64,000 bases of DNA from Candidatus Pullichristensenella excrementipullorum (GCA_018713365.1 DVOU01000025.1:34309-98308), one strand, 5' to 3'. Shown: positions 22,659 to 30,830, counted from the first letter of the stretch. The notes: generated by a model from the sequence alone, not told the origin. Numbers and translations: made by a program.

Positions 22659-24980
22659 TCAGGCATTTTCGCGCCGCTGCATGGAAAGCATGCGGTCGAG
22701 CTGGCGGATGAAGCCGTCCGCGGAAAGCGCCCCGGCCTTGAACTGCTGCGCCGCCTCATAGGCGGCCATGTCGCTCTCGCCGGAAAAGAGGTTGCGGGCA
22801 AGGAGCATGCATGTGGTGCGCTGGCGGTAGGCGGCGAGGGCGGAGGCGCTGACCTTCCAGCCGTCTTCGGCGAGATAGTCCGCCCTGGCCTGTTCGTAGA
22901 AGTCGATCATCTCCGCGAAGGTCTGTCTGTCCTCCCCCTCGGCGGCTTCGAGCGCCGCGCGGGCGTCGGCGAGGGAGCGGTCATAATCGGCGAGGTCGGC
23001 CGCGAAGGTGTCCAGCGGCACCGGCTCGTCATACGCCGGGGAAAGTTCGAGGCGGGTGACCGCGTCCATGGCCCCGGCGAGCGTTTCCACAAAGGCGCGC
23101 GCCTCGTCCGGGTGGGCGGAGAAGGGGTTGACGAAAGCCACGGTGACGTCGGCGGCGATGGTCGGGCCAACGTCCCCGGAAAAGCCCAGCGGCAGCCATT
23201 GCAGGCCGGACGCGGCCATGTCGCTCTGCGCGCTGACGTCAGCATAGGCGGCAAAGAGTACGCGACTTGCGCCGTCTCCGGCGAAGGGGGCGTCGTCCGC
23301 TTCATACGCGAAGGCCTGTTCGTCGCTGAGGAGGCCGATATTTGCCCAGTCCACCGCCGCGAAGGCTTCCAGCGCGGCGCGGAACGCCGGCGTGTCGTAG
23401 CCGTCCTCTGCTTGGGAGATGTGGGCGGCGTATTCGGCGAGCATGGCGTCAAAGAGTACATCGCGCAGAGACTCCCAGCCCTGCTGCGGTTCGAAGAGAT
23501 AAAGCCCGGCGCGCTCGGCGGCTTCGGAAAGCGATGCAAGGCTTAAGAAAAACTCCGGCCAGGTCGCGGGGAGGTCTTCTTCCGTCAGGCCCAGTTTGGC
23601 AAGCGCGCCCGCGTCCCAGGAGAGCGGGGCGTTGAAGCCGACCTCCACGGGCAGGGCGACCACCGCGCCGCCCACCGTGCAGGCATCCCGCACGAAGGGA
23701 TAGCAGCTCTCGACAAACGAACATGTGTTCGTAAGTCCGTCCAGAGACGGCAGGAAGCCGCGCGCGCGAAGGGCTTCGTACTGCGGAAGCGAGGCGGAGA
23801 AGCAATAGACGTCGATCTCCGGGGAGCGGCCGAGCATGGCTTCCAGCACATCGCCGGACTGCTGGACGAGGGTCATTTCCACATCGCCGCGCTCCGCGCC
23901 AAAGGCGTAGGCGGCGTTTTCCACGTTTTCCGAGTGGCCGGACAGCACGGCAAGGCGCACGGAGGCGCGTTGCGCGGGGTCGGTATCGCGGCGCACGAGG
24001 GTGAAAAAGTCGGCGGCGGCGTAGAGGCCGCTGGCGGTGAGGACGGCCTGTCCGCGCGGCTGATCGAGCGGGAAACCGGTCACGGACTCAGGATGGGAGG
24101 CATCCAAGCCCGGCAGCGCCCAGATCTGGCCGTCCAAGAGGTAGTAGAGCGTGTCGTTTTCCGCCCGGTAAGCGGGCGCTTCGAGGTAGCCTTCGCCGGT
24201 GGCGAGGGCGCAAAGTTCGTCCGTCGCGCCGCTGGCGGGGTCGAAGCGGCAGATGCGAGAGATGTTGCCATCGCTCCCCCACTCGCGGGTGATGCAGAGC
24301 AGTTCCCCATCGCGGTAGGGCGTGAGCAGGGCGTCCTCGCCGGGCAGCTCGTCCGCGTAGTAGAGGGCGACGGAGCCGTCGGTCAGGTCGGCGATGGCGT
24401 AAAATTCGTTGCCGCTCTCGTCATAGCTCTTGCAGGCGAGGAAGTCGCCCGAGGCGCAGAGGCCGTCCGCCTCGGCGAGGTAGGCGTCGTCCGCGCCGCC
24501 GAGGATGAGGTCTTCCCAGTCAAGGGCGCAGACCTCCGCGCCGGCGGTCGCGGTATCGCCCGCAAGGTCGAGCGCGTAGAGGGAAACGCCGTCGATGGCG
24601 GTCTCCCAGATGCTCTCGCCGTCTTCCTCGTAGATGGTCTGCTGGGTCTGCGCGGCGAGCAGGCAGAGCTTTCCGCTGCGCGCGACGATGGCGACGGCGT
24701 CCAGTGAGCTGGTCGTTTCCACGCCGTTTGCTTCCTCTGTAACGCCCGGCAGGGAAAGCTCGTAGCGCGCAGGTTCGGCGCTTTCGCCCTCGAAGGCGTA
24801 GACCGCGTCGTAGGTGAGGGCGTAGAGCGTATCGCCGGCGGCGGCGATGTTTTGGATGTTGCCGGAAAAGCCGTCCGCGCCGTCGCGCAGCAGCACAGCG
24901 TCCGCGGGGGCGGCGTGGGCCGCCGGTATACAGGCAAAGAAAAGCGTAAAAACGAGCAACAGGGAAAGTCCCCTTTTCAT
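22659..24980 (-). CDS. secreted fusion protein: beta-rich N-domain plus solute-binding domain (paralog A, most divergent)
   Basis: 773 aa (RBS AGGAGGG). The signal peptide is MKRGLSLLLVFTLFFACIPAAHA/APADA. It has the same two-domain layout as paralogs B and C. Confidence 0.65.
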   Translation of the reverse strand: MKRGLSLLLVFTLFFACIPAAHAAPADAVLLRDGADGFSGNIQNIAAAGDTLYALTYDAVYAFEGESAEPARYELSLPGVTEEANGVETTSSLDAVAIVARSGKLCLLAAQTQQTIYEEDGESIWETAIDGVSLYALDLAGDTATAGAEVCALDWEDLILGGADDAYLAEADGLCASGDFLACKSYDESGNEFYAIADLTDGSVALYYADELPGEDALLTPYRDGELLCITREWGSDGNISRICRFDPASGATDELCALATGEGYLEAPAYRAENDTLYYLLDGQIWALPGLDASHPESVTGFPLDQPRGQAVLTASGLYAAADFFTLVRRDTDPAQRASVRLAVLSGHSENVENAAYAFGAERGDVEMTLVQQSGDVLEAMLGRSPEIDVYCFSASLPQYEALRARGFLPSLDGLTNTCSFVESCYPFVRDACTVGGAVVALPVEVGFNAPLSWDAGALAKLGLTEEDLPATWPEFFLSLASLSEAAERAGLYLFEPQQGWESLRDVLFDAMLAEYAAHISQAEDGYDTPAFRAALEAFAAVDWANIGLLSDEQAFAYEADDAPFAGDGASRVLFAAYADVSAQSDMAASGLQWLPLGFSGDVGPTIAADVTVAFVNPFSAHPDEARAFVETLAGAMDAVTRLELSPAYDEPVPLDTFAADLADYDRSLADARAALEAAEGEDRQTFAEMIDFYEQARADYLAEDGWKVSASALAAYRQRTTCMLLARNLFSGESDMAAYEAAQQFKAGALSADGFIRQLDRMLSMQRRENA

Positions 24981-25000
24981 CCCTCATCCCTCCTGTGTCT

Positions 25001-26155
25001 CTATTCTGTCAGCCCGCCCTCCGTTTCCGGCGCGGCAGCGTCGTGGCTGTCGCGCGTGTAGACCAGCACGGTCATGCCCAGACGAACGCTCTCGTCGGGG
25101 TCGAAATCCACGTAGGCGGTGTAGGTCGGTTCCTCGCCGGCAGTGGAAGCGGTGGTCTGGCCGTCCTCCCCGGCGGCGGGCGCGTTGGCGCTCAGGTAGG
25201 AGATGCCGGTGATGGTCCCTTCCAACCGCGTCATGCGCTGCAGATCCCAGTTGAACTCGATATCGACCTTCATGCCCTCGCGCACGAGGCCAAGGTCGCT
25301 CTCGCGCACCTGCATCTCGATGCGGGTGGCGTCGTCCGGGTAGATGGAAAGGAGTTTGCCGCCTTTTTCCACAGACGCGCCCGCGCCGGCATCCACGCTG
25401 GCGACGATGCCGCTTGTTTCGCAGACGATCGCGTTGCCGGGGGCGTAGAGGCCGTCGAGGCCGCCGGTGACGGTCTCGAAGAGCAGTTCGCCGCGCTCGA
25501 CGAAGTCTCCGTTCTGAACGTGCATTTTGAGGATGCTGCCGCTGCCCTTGATGGGCACCACCTTGGCCGCCGCCACCGTGCCCCGGCCGATGCGGGAGGA
25601 CTCGGCGTAGTCGCTGCGGCGGTAGATGCTCACCGTTTCGGCGATGTAGAACTCGCCGCCGGTGACTTCCACGTTGTACTCGCCGGCCTTTTCGCCCATG
25701 CCGGTGACCACGCCGGTGCCGCGGTGGCTGCCGTCGGAGGTGCATTTCAAATACACCGTCTCGCCGACGTGGATGAACTTGTTCTCGCTGCGGTTGTAGG
25801 CCTTTTCCGTGGAGGCGGCGATGGTGTACTTGTTGGTCGGCTCGATGAACAGCACGCCGCCGTAGCGCTCGGAAACGCCCTCGGTGGCGTCGCCCTCGCG
25901 GCCAAAGACGCCGGAAATCTTGCCCTCCACGTCGGCGTAGACGCGCGTGGTCTGGATGCTGGCGAGCGCCTGCCCCGGCTGCACGCGGTCGCCGACGCGG
26001 ACGTTGACTTCATCCATTACACCGCCAAAGGGGGCAAGCACGAACTGGGCGTCGCCGCCGGTGACCACGCCGTCAAAGACCATTTCCGCCAGACCCGCGC
26101 CGCACAAAAGCGCCAGCATGAGCAGGATGGCAGACAAGCGTCTCATGTTCCTCAT
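25001..26155 (-). CDS. HlyD-like adaptor / barrel-sandwich protein without an obvious coiled coil
   Basis: 384 aa with a signal/anchor MRRLSAILLMLALLCGAGLA. It has two lipoyl-like motifs (VRVGDRVQPGQALASI and HVQNGDFVERGELLFE). The start overlaps the upstream stop (ATGA). Confidence 0.5.
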   Translation of the reverse strand: MRNMRRLSAILLMLALLCGAGLAEMVFDGVVTGGDAQFVLAPFGGVMDEVNVRVGDRVQPGQALASIQTTRVYADVEGKISGVFGREGDATEGVSERYGGVLFIEPTNKYTIAASTEKAYNRSENKFIHVGETVYLKCTSDGSHRGTGVVTGMGEKAGEYNVEVTGGEFYIAETVSIYRRSDYAESSRIGRGTVAAAKVVPIKGSGSILKMHVQNGDFVERGELLFETVTGGLDGLYAPGNAIVCETSGIVASVDAGAGASVEKGGKLLSIYPDDATRIEMQVRESDLGLVREGMKVDIEFNWDLQRMTRLEGTITGISYLSANAPAAGEDGQTTASTAGEEPTYTAYVDFDPDESVRLGMTVLVYTRDSHDAAAPETEGGLTE

Positions 26156-28392
26156 GCGTTCTCCTCCATTTCCAGAGCGGCCGCCATTTCCGGCGTCCAG
26201 GCGCCGAAGGCGACGTCCAGAAGTTCCGCGGGGCCGTAGTAGAGGTCGTAGTAATACATGGGCTGCGTTTCGTCGTCCGTGAGGGGGTAGACCTCCTCCT
26301 CGACCGTGGTCTCGACCACCATCTCGCCGATGGCCGCGTCCAGCACCGAGCCGGACATCCAGATCGTGTAATCGAACTTGCGGGTGGAGACGCCGGCGGA
26401 TTTGAGGTCTGTATAGGCGGTGCCGGCGGTGAAGCCCGCCGTGGGGAAGGCGGTCACGTGGTCGCCCACCTGCAAGACCACGTATTCGATGCCGCTGTTG
26501 AACAGCAGGCGGTGGACCACGCCGTTGAAGCGCCAGACGTAGGCGTAGTCTCCAGAGATGGCGGGGTCGATCTGGGCGGTGAGCAGCAGCGTGTCGGGCG
26601 CGTCCAGTTCGGCGTGGGCGTCGTCTTCGCCCTCTTCGTCCTTATGCGCCTCCCACGGCTGCAGACCCTCGTCCGTCCAGCGCGCGAGGGCGGCGGTGAA
26701 GACCGGCTCGTAGGGCGTGGGCGGCTCGAAGCCCTCGGCGCTGTCCAGTTCCAAGGTCAGCGCCAGCGGCGCGTCGCCAAGGGTGAGGCGGTGCATCGGC
26801 TCCTCGGGCAGGATGAGCTGCACCTCGCCGTAGGGCGTGGTGTCCACATCCTCATCGCCGGTGTGCTTGATGGACGGTTCGCCGTCTCCCCCACCGCCGC
26901 CACCGCCGCCGCCACCGCCGCCGAAGTCAGGATAGGTGATGGGCGCGGGGATCTCAAAATCGGTGGGGTATTCGATGATGTTCCCGGCCACGTCGCGGGC
27001 CATGAGCATGCCCTGCGCGTAGACCTCGCCGAGCTTGCCGGTGTGGACGTAGTCGCCGGTCTCAGAGGCGGGCACCCACGTCTGGCCGCCATCGACGCTG
27101 AAGGCGTCCAGACCGCTGAGCGCGTCCTCGGAGGTGAGGATGAACTGCGGCTGGCCCTCGGAGACGATGGAGGCGGTGAGGTAGGCGGGCGGGGTGAGGT
27201 CGATCTTCAGATCGTAGCGCGTGGAGAGGGCGCAGACGTCGCCAATGGGATCGAGGATGGCGAAGCGCAGCGAATACTCGCCCTCGTCTTTGGAGGTATA
27301 GGTATTGCCGGAGAGGATGATGAAGCGCTCGTCATAGGCGACGACGGCGTAGTTGTAGCCGCGCGCACCCTCCGGGATGCCGGAGAGCGTGAAGGACGGA
27401 GCCTCGCACGACCACACGCCCGGCATGTAGTTCTCTGCCGCCACGAACACATCCAGCTCCACCGGGCCGGGCTTGGGCGTCGGCGTGGGCGTGGGACCCT
27501 GCGGCTTTTCCTCCACCCACACGTAGAGCCAGACCTCCGGCGCGGGTTCGGCTTCCCCTTCTTCATTCAGGGGCGCGGGCTGGGCGGGGTCGTATTCCGA
27601 GACCTTGACGACGAACTTGTCCTTCTCAAACACCGTTTCGTCGGGCAGGAAGGTGGTCATGACCACGTCGTTGGGCGTCTTGTCCTTCACGCGCATCACT
27701 TCTTCCGAGCGGATGAAGATGGTGGCCTCGGTGTTGGCGTCGAAGTCCTGAATGAGGTCTTCGAGCTTGCCGGCGATGACCTGCGTGGGATCGTCGGGGT
27801 TGACCATCCACGCCTCGGCGTCCTCGGGGATGCCCGGGGCGGGCGTGATGGAGGGGCCGGGCGTGATGGAGGGGTCTAGGGTGATGGACGCACCCGGGGT
27901 GACGGACGCACCCGGGGTGACGGAGGTGTCCGGCGTGACGGACGTATCCGGCGTCACCGACGTATCCGGCGCGGTGGTCTCGCCATCCCCGCTCTGCTCG
28001 GGCGGCGCGGAGGGCGGCGTCTCCGTCACGTTTCCGCTCTGCTCGGGCGGCGCGGACGGCGGCGTTTCCGCTGCGTTACCACTGTCCTCCGGCGGCGCGT
28101 CGTTTGCCGGCGCTTTGGAGGCCTCGACGGACGGCTTCGGCGCTTCGGTGGGTGCTTCCGTGGGCGGTTTCGGCGCTTCCGTCGGCGGCTTGGGCGCTTC
28201 TGTCGGCGGCTTGGGCGCTTCTGTCGGCGGCTTGGGCGCTTCCGTCGGCGGCTTGGGCGCTTCCGTGGGCGGCGCGGCGGCGGGCTGCGGCGTCTCCACG
28301 GGCGGCGCGGGCGGCTGGCCCTCCCCTCCCTCGGCGAAGGCGCATGTGGTCAGCAGGCAGATGGCCAGCAGGGCGGCGAGCAGGCGTTTCAT
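26152..28392 (-). CDS. secreted repeat-rich protein (Pro-rich tandem repeats, Ig-like segment, poly-Gly tract); hypothetical
   Basis: 746 aa from the ATG at 28392. The signal peptide is MKRLLAALLAICLLTTCAFA. It carries six PTEAPKP units, seven 6-aa (T/A)S(V/I)TP(D/G)-type units, and a D.TPP..SGLD..DGGQTW Ig-like motif. A GGGGGGGGGGGGDGE tract is also present. It is the first gene of the operon. Confidence 0.65.
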   Translation of the reverse strand: MKRLLAALLAICLLTTCAFAEGGEGQPPAPPVETPQPAAAPPTEAPKPPTEAPKPPTEAPKPPTEAPKPPTEAPKPPTEAPTEAPKPSVEASKAPANDAPPEDSGNAAETPPSAPPEQSGNVTETPPSAPPEQSGDGETTAPDTSVTPDTSVTPDTSVTPGASVTPGASITLDPSITPGPSITPAPGIPEDAEAWMVNPDDPTQVIAGKLEDLIQDFDANTEATIFIRSEEVMRVKDKTPNDVVMTTFLPDETVFEKDKFVVKVSEYDPAQPAPLNEEGEAEPAPEVWLYVWVEEKPQGPTPTPTPKPGPVELDVFVAAENYMPGVWSCEAPSFTLSGIPEGARGYNYAVVAYDERFIILSGNTYTSKDEGEYSLRFAILDPIGDVCALSTRYDLKIDLTPPAYLTASIVSEGQPQFILTSEDALSGLDAFSVDGGQTWVPASETGDYVHTGKLGEVYAQGMLMARDVAGNIIEYPTDFEIPAPITYPDFGGGGGGGGGGGGDGEPSIKHTGDEDVDTTPYGEVQLILPEEPMHRLTLGDAPLALTLELDSAEGFEPPTPYEPVFTAALARWTDEGLQPWEAHKDEEGEDDAHAELDAPDTLLLTAQIDPAISGDYAYVWRFNGVVHRLLFNSGIEYVVLQVGDHVTAFPTAGFTAGTAYTDLKSAGVSTRKFDYTIWMSGSVLDAAIGEMVVETTVEEEVYPLTDDETQPMYYYDLYYGPAELLDVAFGAWTPEMAAALEMEENA
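27842..27967 (-). repeat. in-frame 18-nt tandem repeats (about 7 units)
   Basis: The + strand units are ggcgtgatggaggggccg / ggggtgacggacgcaccc / ggcgtgacggacgtatcc and similar. They encode DTSVTPDTSVTPDTSVTPGASVTPGASITLDPSITPGPSITP. Confidence 0.8.
28139..28270 (-). repeat. in-frame 21-nt tandem repeats (about 6 units, several identical)
   Basis: The + strand unit gtcggcggcttgggcgcttc(c/t) repeats back to back. It encodes PTEAPKP six times. Confidence 0.85.
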
Positions 28393-28507
28393 ATCCCGGT
28401 CTCTCCCTTCGTTCAGGCGCGCCGGACGGGGCGGCGCTGTGTTTCTGTATACTAGACGGCTGGATATGGCATTTGGTTGCCATTCCAGGGAAAAATTACG
28501 GCGAACT

Positions 28508-29212
28508 TCACGCAAATGGCGCTTTGCCCTGCCGATGGAGGCAAATTTCGTCGATGACGGCGTTTTTGTCCAGCGAGAGCAGGAACATCACCGCGTCGGC
28601 GACTTCCCCGGCGCTGATGAGGCCGTCCGGGGAAAGGTCGGGCCGGGCCGCCTTGGCCATGTCCGTATAGACGCCGCCCGGGCTGATGACGTGGACGCGC
28701 ACGCCTTCCTGATAAAGCTCGTTGGCCAGCGACTTGGACAGGCCGAGCAGCGCGTGCTTGGAGGCGGCGTAGGCGCTTTGCAGCGGATAGCCCTTGTGGG
28801 CCACCACCGAGGCGATGTTGATGACGCGCCCCCGCGCACGGCGCAGATGCGGCAGCGCGCTGTGGATGAGGACGAACGGCGCGCGCGCGTTCGTGGCCAT
28901 AACGCGGTCGAACTCCGCGATGGACGTTTCGCCAAAGGGTTTGGAGAGGGCCACGCCGGCGTTGTTGATCAGTATGTCGAGCCCGCCAAAGGCCTCGACC
29001 GTCCTGTCTGCGCAGGACTGCACGTAGGCATCGTCCAGCAGGTCGCCGGGCAGGGTCAGCGCCCCGCTGATCGCGCGCGCGGTGGCTTCGAGCTTTTCCA
29101 CGCTGCGGCCGCAGATGGCCACGTTCGCCCCCGCCGCCTTCAAGCGCGCGGCGATCTCGCGGCCGATGCCGCCGCCCGCGCCCGTCACCAGAGCCGTCTT
29201 TCCTGTAAGCAT
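28508..29212 (-). CDS. SDR family oxidoreductase
   Basis: 234 aa. The cofactor motif is TALVTGAGGGIGREIA. NNAG, the catalytic YAASK and a PGGV segment are also present. Confidence 0.85.
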   Translation of the reverse strand: MLTGKTALVTGAGGGIGREIAARLKAAGANVAICGRSVEKLEATARAISGALTLPGDLLDDAYVQSCADRTVEAFGGLDILINNAGVALSKPFGETSIAEFDRVMATNARAPFVLIHSALPHLRRARGRVINIASVVAHKGYPLQSAYAASKHALLGLSKSLANELYQEGVRVHVISPGGVYTDMAKAARPDLSPDGLISAGEVADAVMFLLSLDKNAVIDEICLHRQGKAPFA

Positions 29213-29298
29213 GCGGACACTTCCTTTGCAAAAATCTCCCTGTCTATATCATATCACCTTTTGCGGCAAAATCAACATCGAATTTTAATAAAAATATG

Positions 29299-29327
29299 TT
29301 GACCTTCATTTCTAATCATGTTATAAT
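29299..29327 (+). promoter_or_regulatory. sigmaA-type promoter for the DUF2975-HTH-VanZ operon
   Basis: TTGACC (29299-29304), a 17 nt spacer, then TATAAT (29322-29327), in an AT-rich spacer. Confidence 0.6.
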
Positions 29328-29347
29328 CCAGCCAAGGAGGGATCAAA

Positions 29348-29824
29348 ATGAGCAAACATCCCGAACGGGGCATGAAACTGGCCGCGCTGGCGGCGGCGGC
29401 GCTGGGGCTGCTGGCGGCCTTTGTGCTTCTGCCGCTGCTGGCCTCGGCTTTGCTGGAGGAATACCCCGCGTATCAAAAATGGTACTGGCCCGGCCTTGTC
29501 TACGGCTGGGTCGTGCTGCTGCCCGGCTTTGCGGGGCTGTGGGAGTTCTGGAAGGTCTGCGTTCAGATCGGGCGCGACAATTCCTTTTCGCAGGAAAACG
29601 CCCGCTCGCTCTTTCGCATCTGCCTGCTGGCGCTGACGATGGCGGCGCTGCTGGTGGTGGGCGTGGCGGCGCTGTGCCTGCTGGGCATGGGGCTGCCCGC
29701 GCTGCTGATCGCCATGCTGGGCTTTGCCGCGGCCTGCGCGCTGGTGGCGCTGCTGGCAAACGCGCTTTCCCAACTGGTGCGGCGCGCGGCGGCCATCAAG
29801 AGCGAAAACGACCTGACCATATAG
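29348..29824 (+). CDS. DUF2975-like four-TM membrane protein
   Basis: 158 aa (RBS AAGGAGGG). Its hydrophobic pattern and the motif GRDNSFSQENARSLFRI are typical of DUF2975. It is paired with a YozG-type HTH gene, as is usual for this family. Confidence 0.65.
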   Translation: MSKHPERGMKLAALAAAALGLLAAFVLLPLLASALLEEYPAYQKWYWPGLVYGWVVLLPGFAGLWEFWKVCVQIGRDNSFSQENARSLFRICLLALTMAALLVVGVAALCLLGMGLPALLIAMLGFAAACALVALLANALSQLVRRAAAIKSENDLTI

Positions 29825-29834
29825 GAGGCGCGCC

Positions 29835-30047
29835 ATGGCTATCATCGTCAATCTGGACGTCATGCTCGCCAAGCGCAAGATGCGCCTGACGGAGCTTTCC
29901 GAGAAGGTGGGCATCACCATGGCCAACCTCTCCATTCTCAAGACCGGCAAGGCGCGCGCGGTGCGCTTTTCCACGCTGGACGCCATCTGCAAGGCCCTGA
30001 ACTGCCAGCCGGGCGACATCCTTGAATACCGGGACGAAGAGGAATGA
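29835..30047 (+). CDS. XRE/Cro-family helix-turn-helix regulator (YozG-like)
   Basis: 70 aa. Sequence is MAIIVNLDVMLAKRKMRLTELSEKVGITMANLSILKTGKARAVRFSTLDAICKALNCQPGDILEY. Confidence 0.85.
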   Translation: MAIIVNLDVMLAKRKMRLTELSEKVGITMANLSILKTGKARAVRFSTLDAICKALNCQPGDILEYRDEEE

Positions 30048-30574
30048 GCCTCGCGGGCATTTGGGAATTGCTCCGCCCCGCGCTGCTGTTCGCGCTGGGG
30101 TGCGCGGCGCTGTGGGCGCTTTTGCGCCAAGCGATCCTGCGACGAAAGCGCAGGGCGCGTCGCGAGGCGCTTTATGCCCTGACGGTGTTCTATCTGGCGG
30201 CGCTGGTGGAGATCATCGCCCTGCGCTTCGGGCGGCCCGCCGCGCGCGTCGCGCCGCAGCTTGTTCCCCTGCGCACGACGCTGGAACAGTGGCGCGCCGG
30301 GGCGTGGCCGTTTGTCTACCATGTGGTGGGCAACCTCACCTGGTTCATGCCGCTGGGACTGTTCTTGCCCATGCTTCGGCCAAGCGCGCGGTGGTGGCAG
30401 GCCCTGCTTCTCGGGGCGGGGCTTTCCTTTCTGGTGGAGGGGTATCAGTGGCTGTTTGGCACGGGCACGCCGGACGTGGACGACGTGCTTCTCAACGCGC
30501 TGGGGGCGCTGCTGGGCTATGGGCTTTGCCGCCTCGTCCGGCGCGTCAACGTTAAATCTTGCGGCAGCGCTTGA
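30044..30574 (+). CDS. VanZ family membrane protein
   Basis: 176 aa. The sequence GNLTWFMPLGLFLP...SFLVEGYQWLFGTGTPDVDDVLLNALGALLGY is the VanZ signature. Its start overlaps the HTH stop (ATGA). Confidence 0.8.
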   Translation: MSLAGIWELLRPALLFALGCAALWALLRQAILRRKRRARREALYALTVFYLAALVEIIALRFGRPAARVAPQLVPLRTTLEQWRAGAWPFVYHVVGNLTWFMPLGLFLPMLRPSARWWQALLLGAGLSFLVEGYQWLFGTGTPDVDDVLLNALGALLGYGLCRLVRRVNVKSCGSA

Positions 30575-30599
30575 CAGCCGTGGGTGCGGAAACTATACT
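30571..30599 (+). promoter_or_regulatory. sigmaA-type promoter for the thrS leader
   Basis: TTGACA (30571-30576), a 17 nt spacer, then TATACT (30594-30599). Confidence 0.55.
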
Positions 30600-30604
30600 G
30601 ATTG

Positions 30605-30818
30605 CATGGATTTCCGTCGGGATGACGGGGACACGGGCTGTTCAAACGAAGCGGCAGAGAGGGCGCGCCGGAGGCTGCGAGCGCGTCTCGCCCACGCGGA
30701 CGGCTTACCACCCACCGACTGGCGGCGCGCGGGGCGCGATACAGCCCCGGTGAGACACAAGTTGGGTGGAACCACGGGCTTTGGCTCGTCCCTTCGCGGG
30801 GACGGGCCTGATTTTTTG
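30605..30818 (+). promoter_or_regulatory. T-box riboswitch leader (thrS)
   Basis: It has an AGAGAG bulge and the T-box sequence AAGTTGGGTGGAACCACGGG at 30759-30778. A terminator hairpin ggctcgtccc..gggacgggcc plus TTTTTT follows. The candidate specifier is ACC followed by A (cttACCAcc). Confidence 0.85.
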
Positions 30819-30830
30819 GGAGGTAGAAAC

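Noticed and set aside
15721-22761. 2346 aa plus-strand ORF spanning seven kilobases
   Set aside because: It is antisense to five well-supported minus-strand genes (permeases and SBP fusions). Its translation is low-complexity and rich in Arg/Gly/Ala/His/Asp, typical of high-GC shadow frames. It has no RBS or domain signature.
28139-28270. Regularly spaced 21-nt repeats considered as a possible CRISPR array
   Set aside because: The units are contiguous with no spacers. They are in-frame inside a CDS (encoding PTEAPKP) and far shorter than CRISPR repeats. No cas genes are in the window.
13323-28392. The 15 kb operon considered as a horizontally acquired island or mobile element
   Set aside because: I saw no integrase, transposase, tRNA target, flanking direct repeats or obvious compositional shift. 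It looks like a resident chromosomal operon. Island status could only be tested by comparative genomics.
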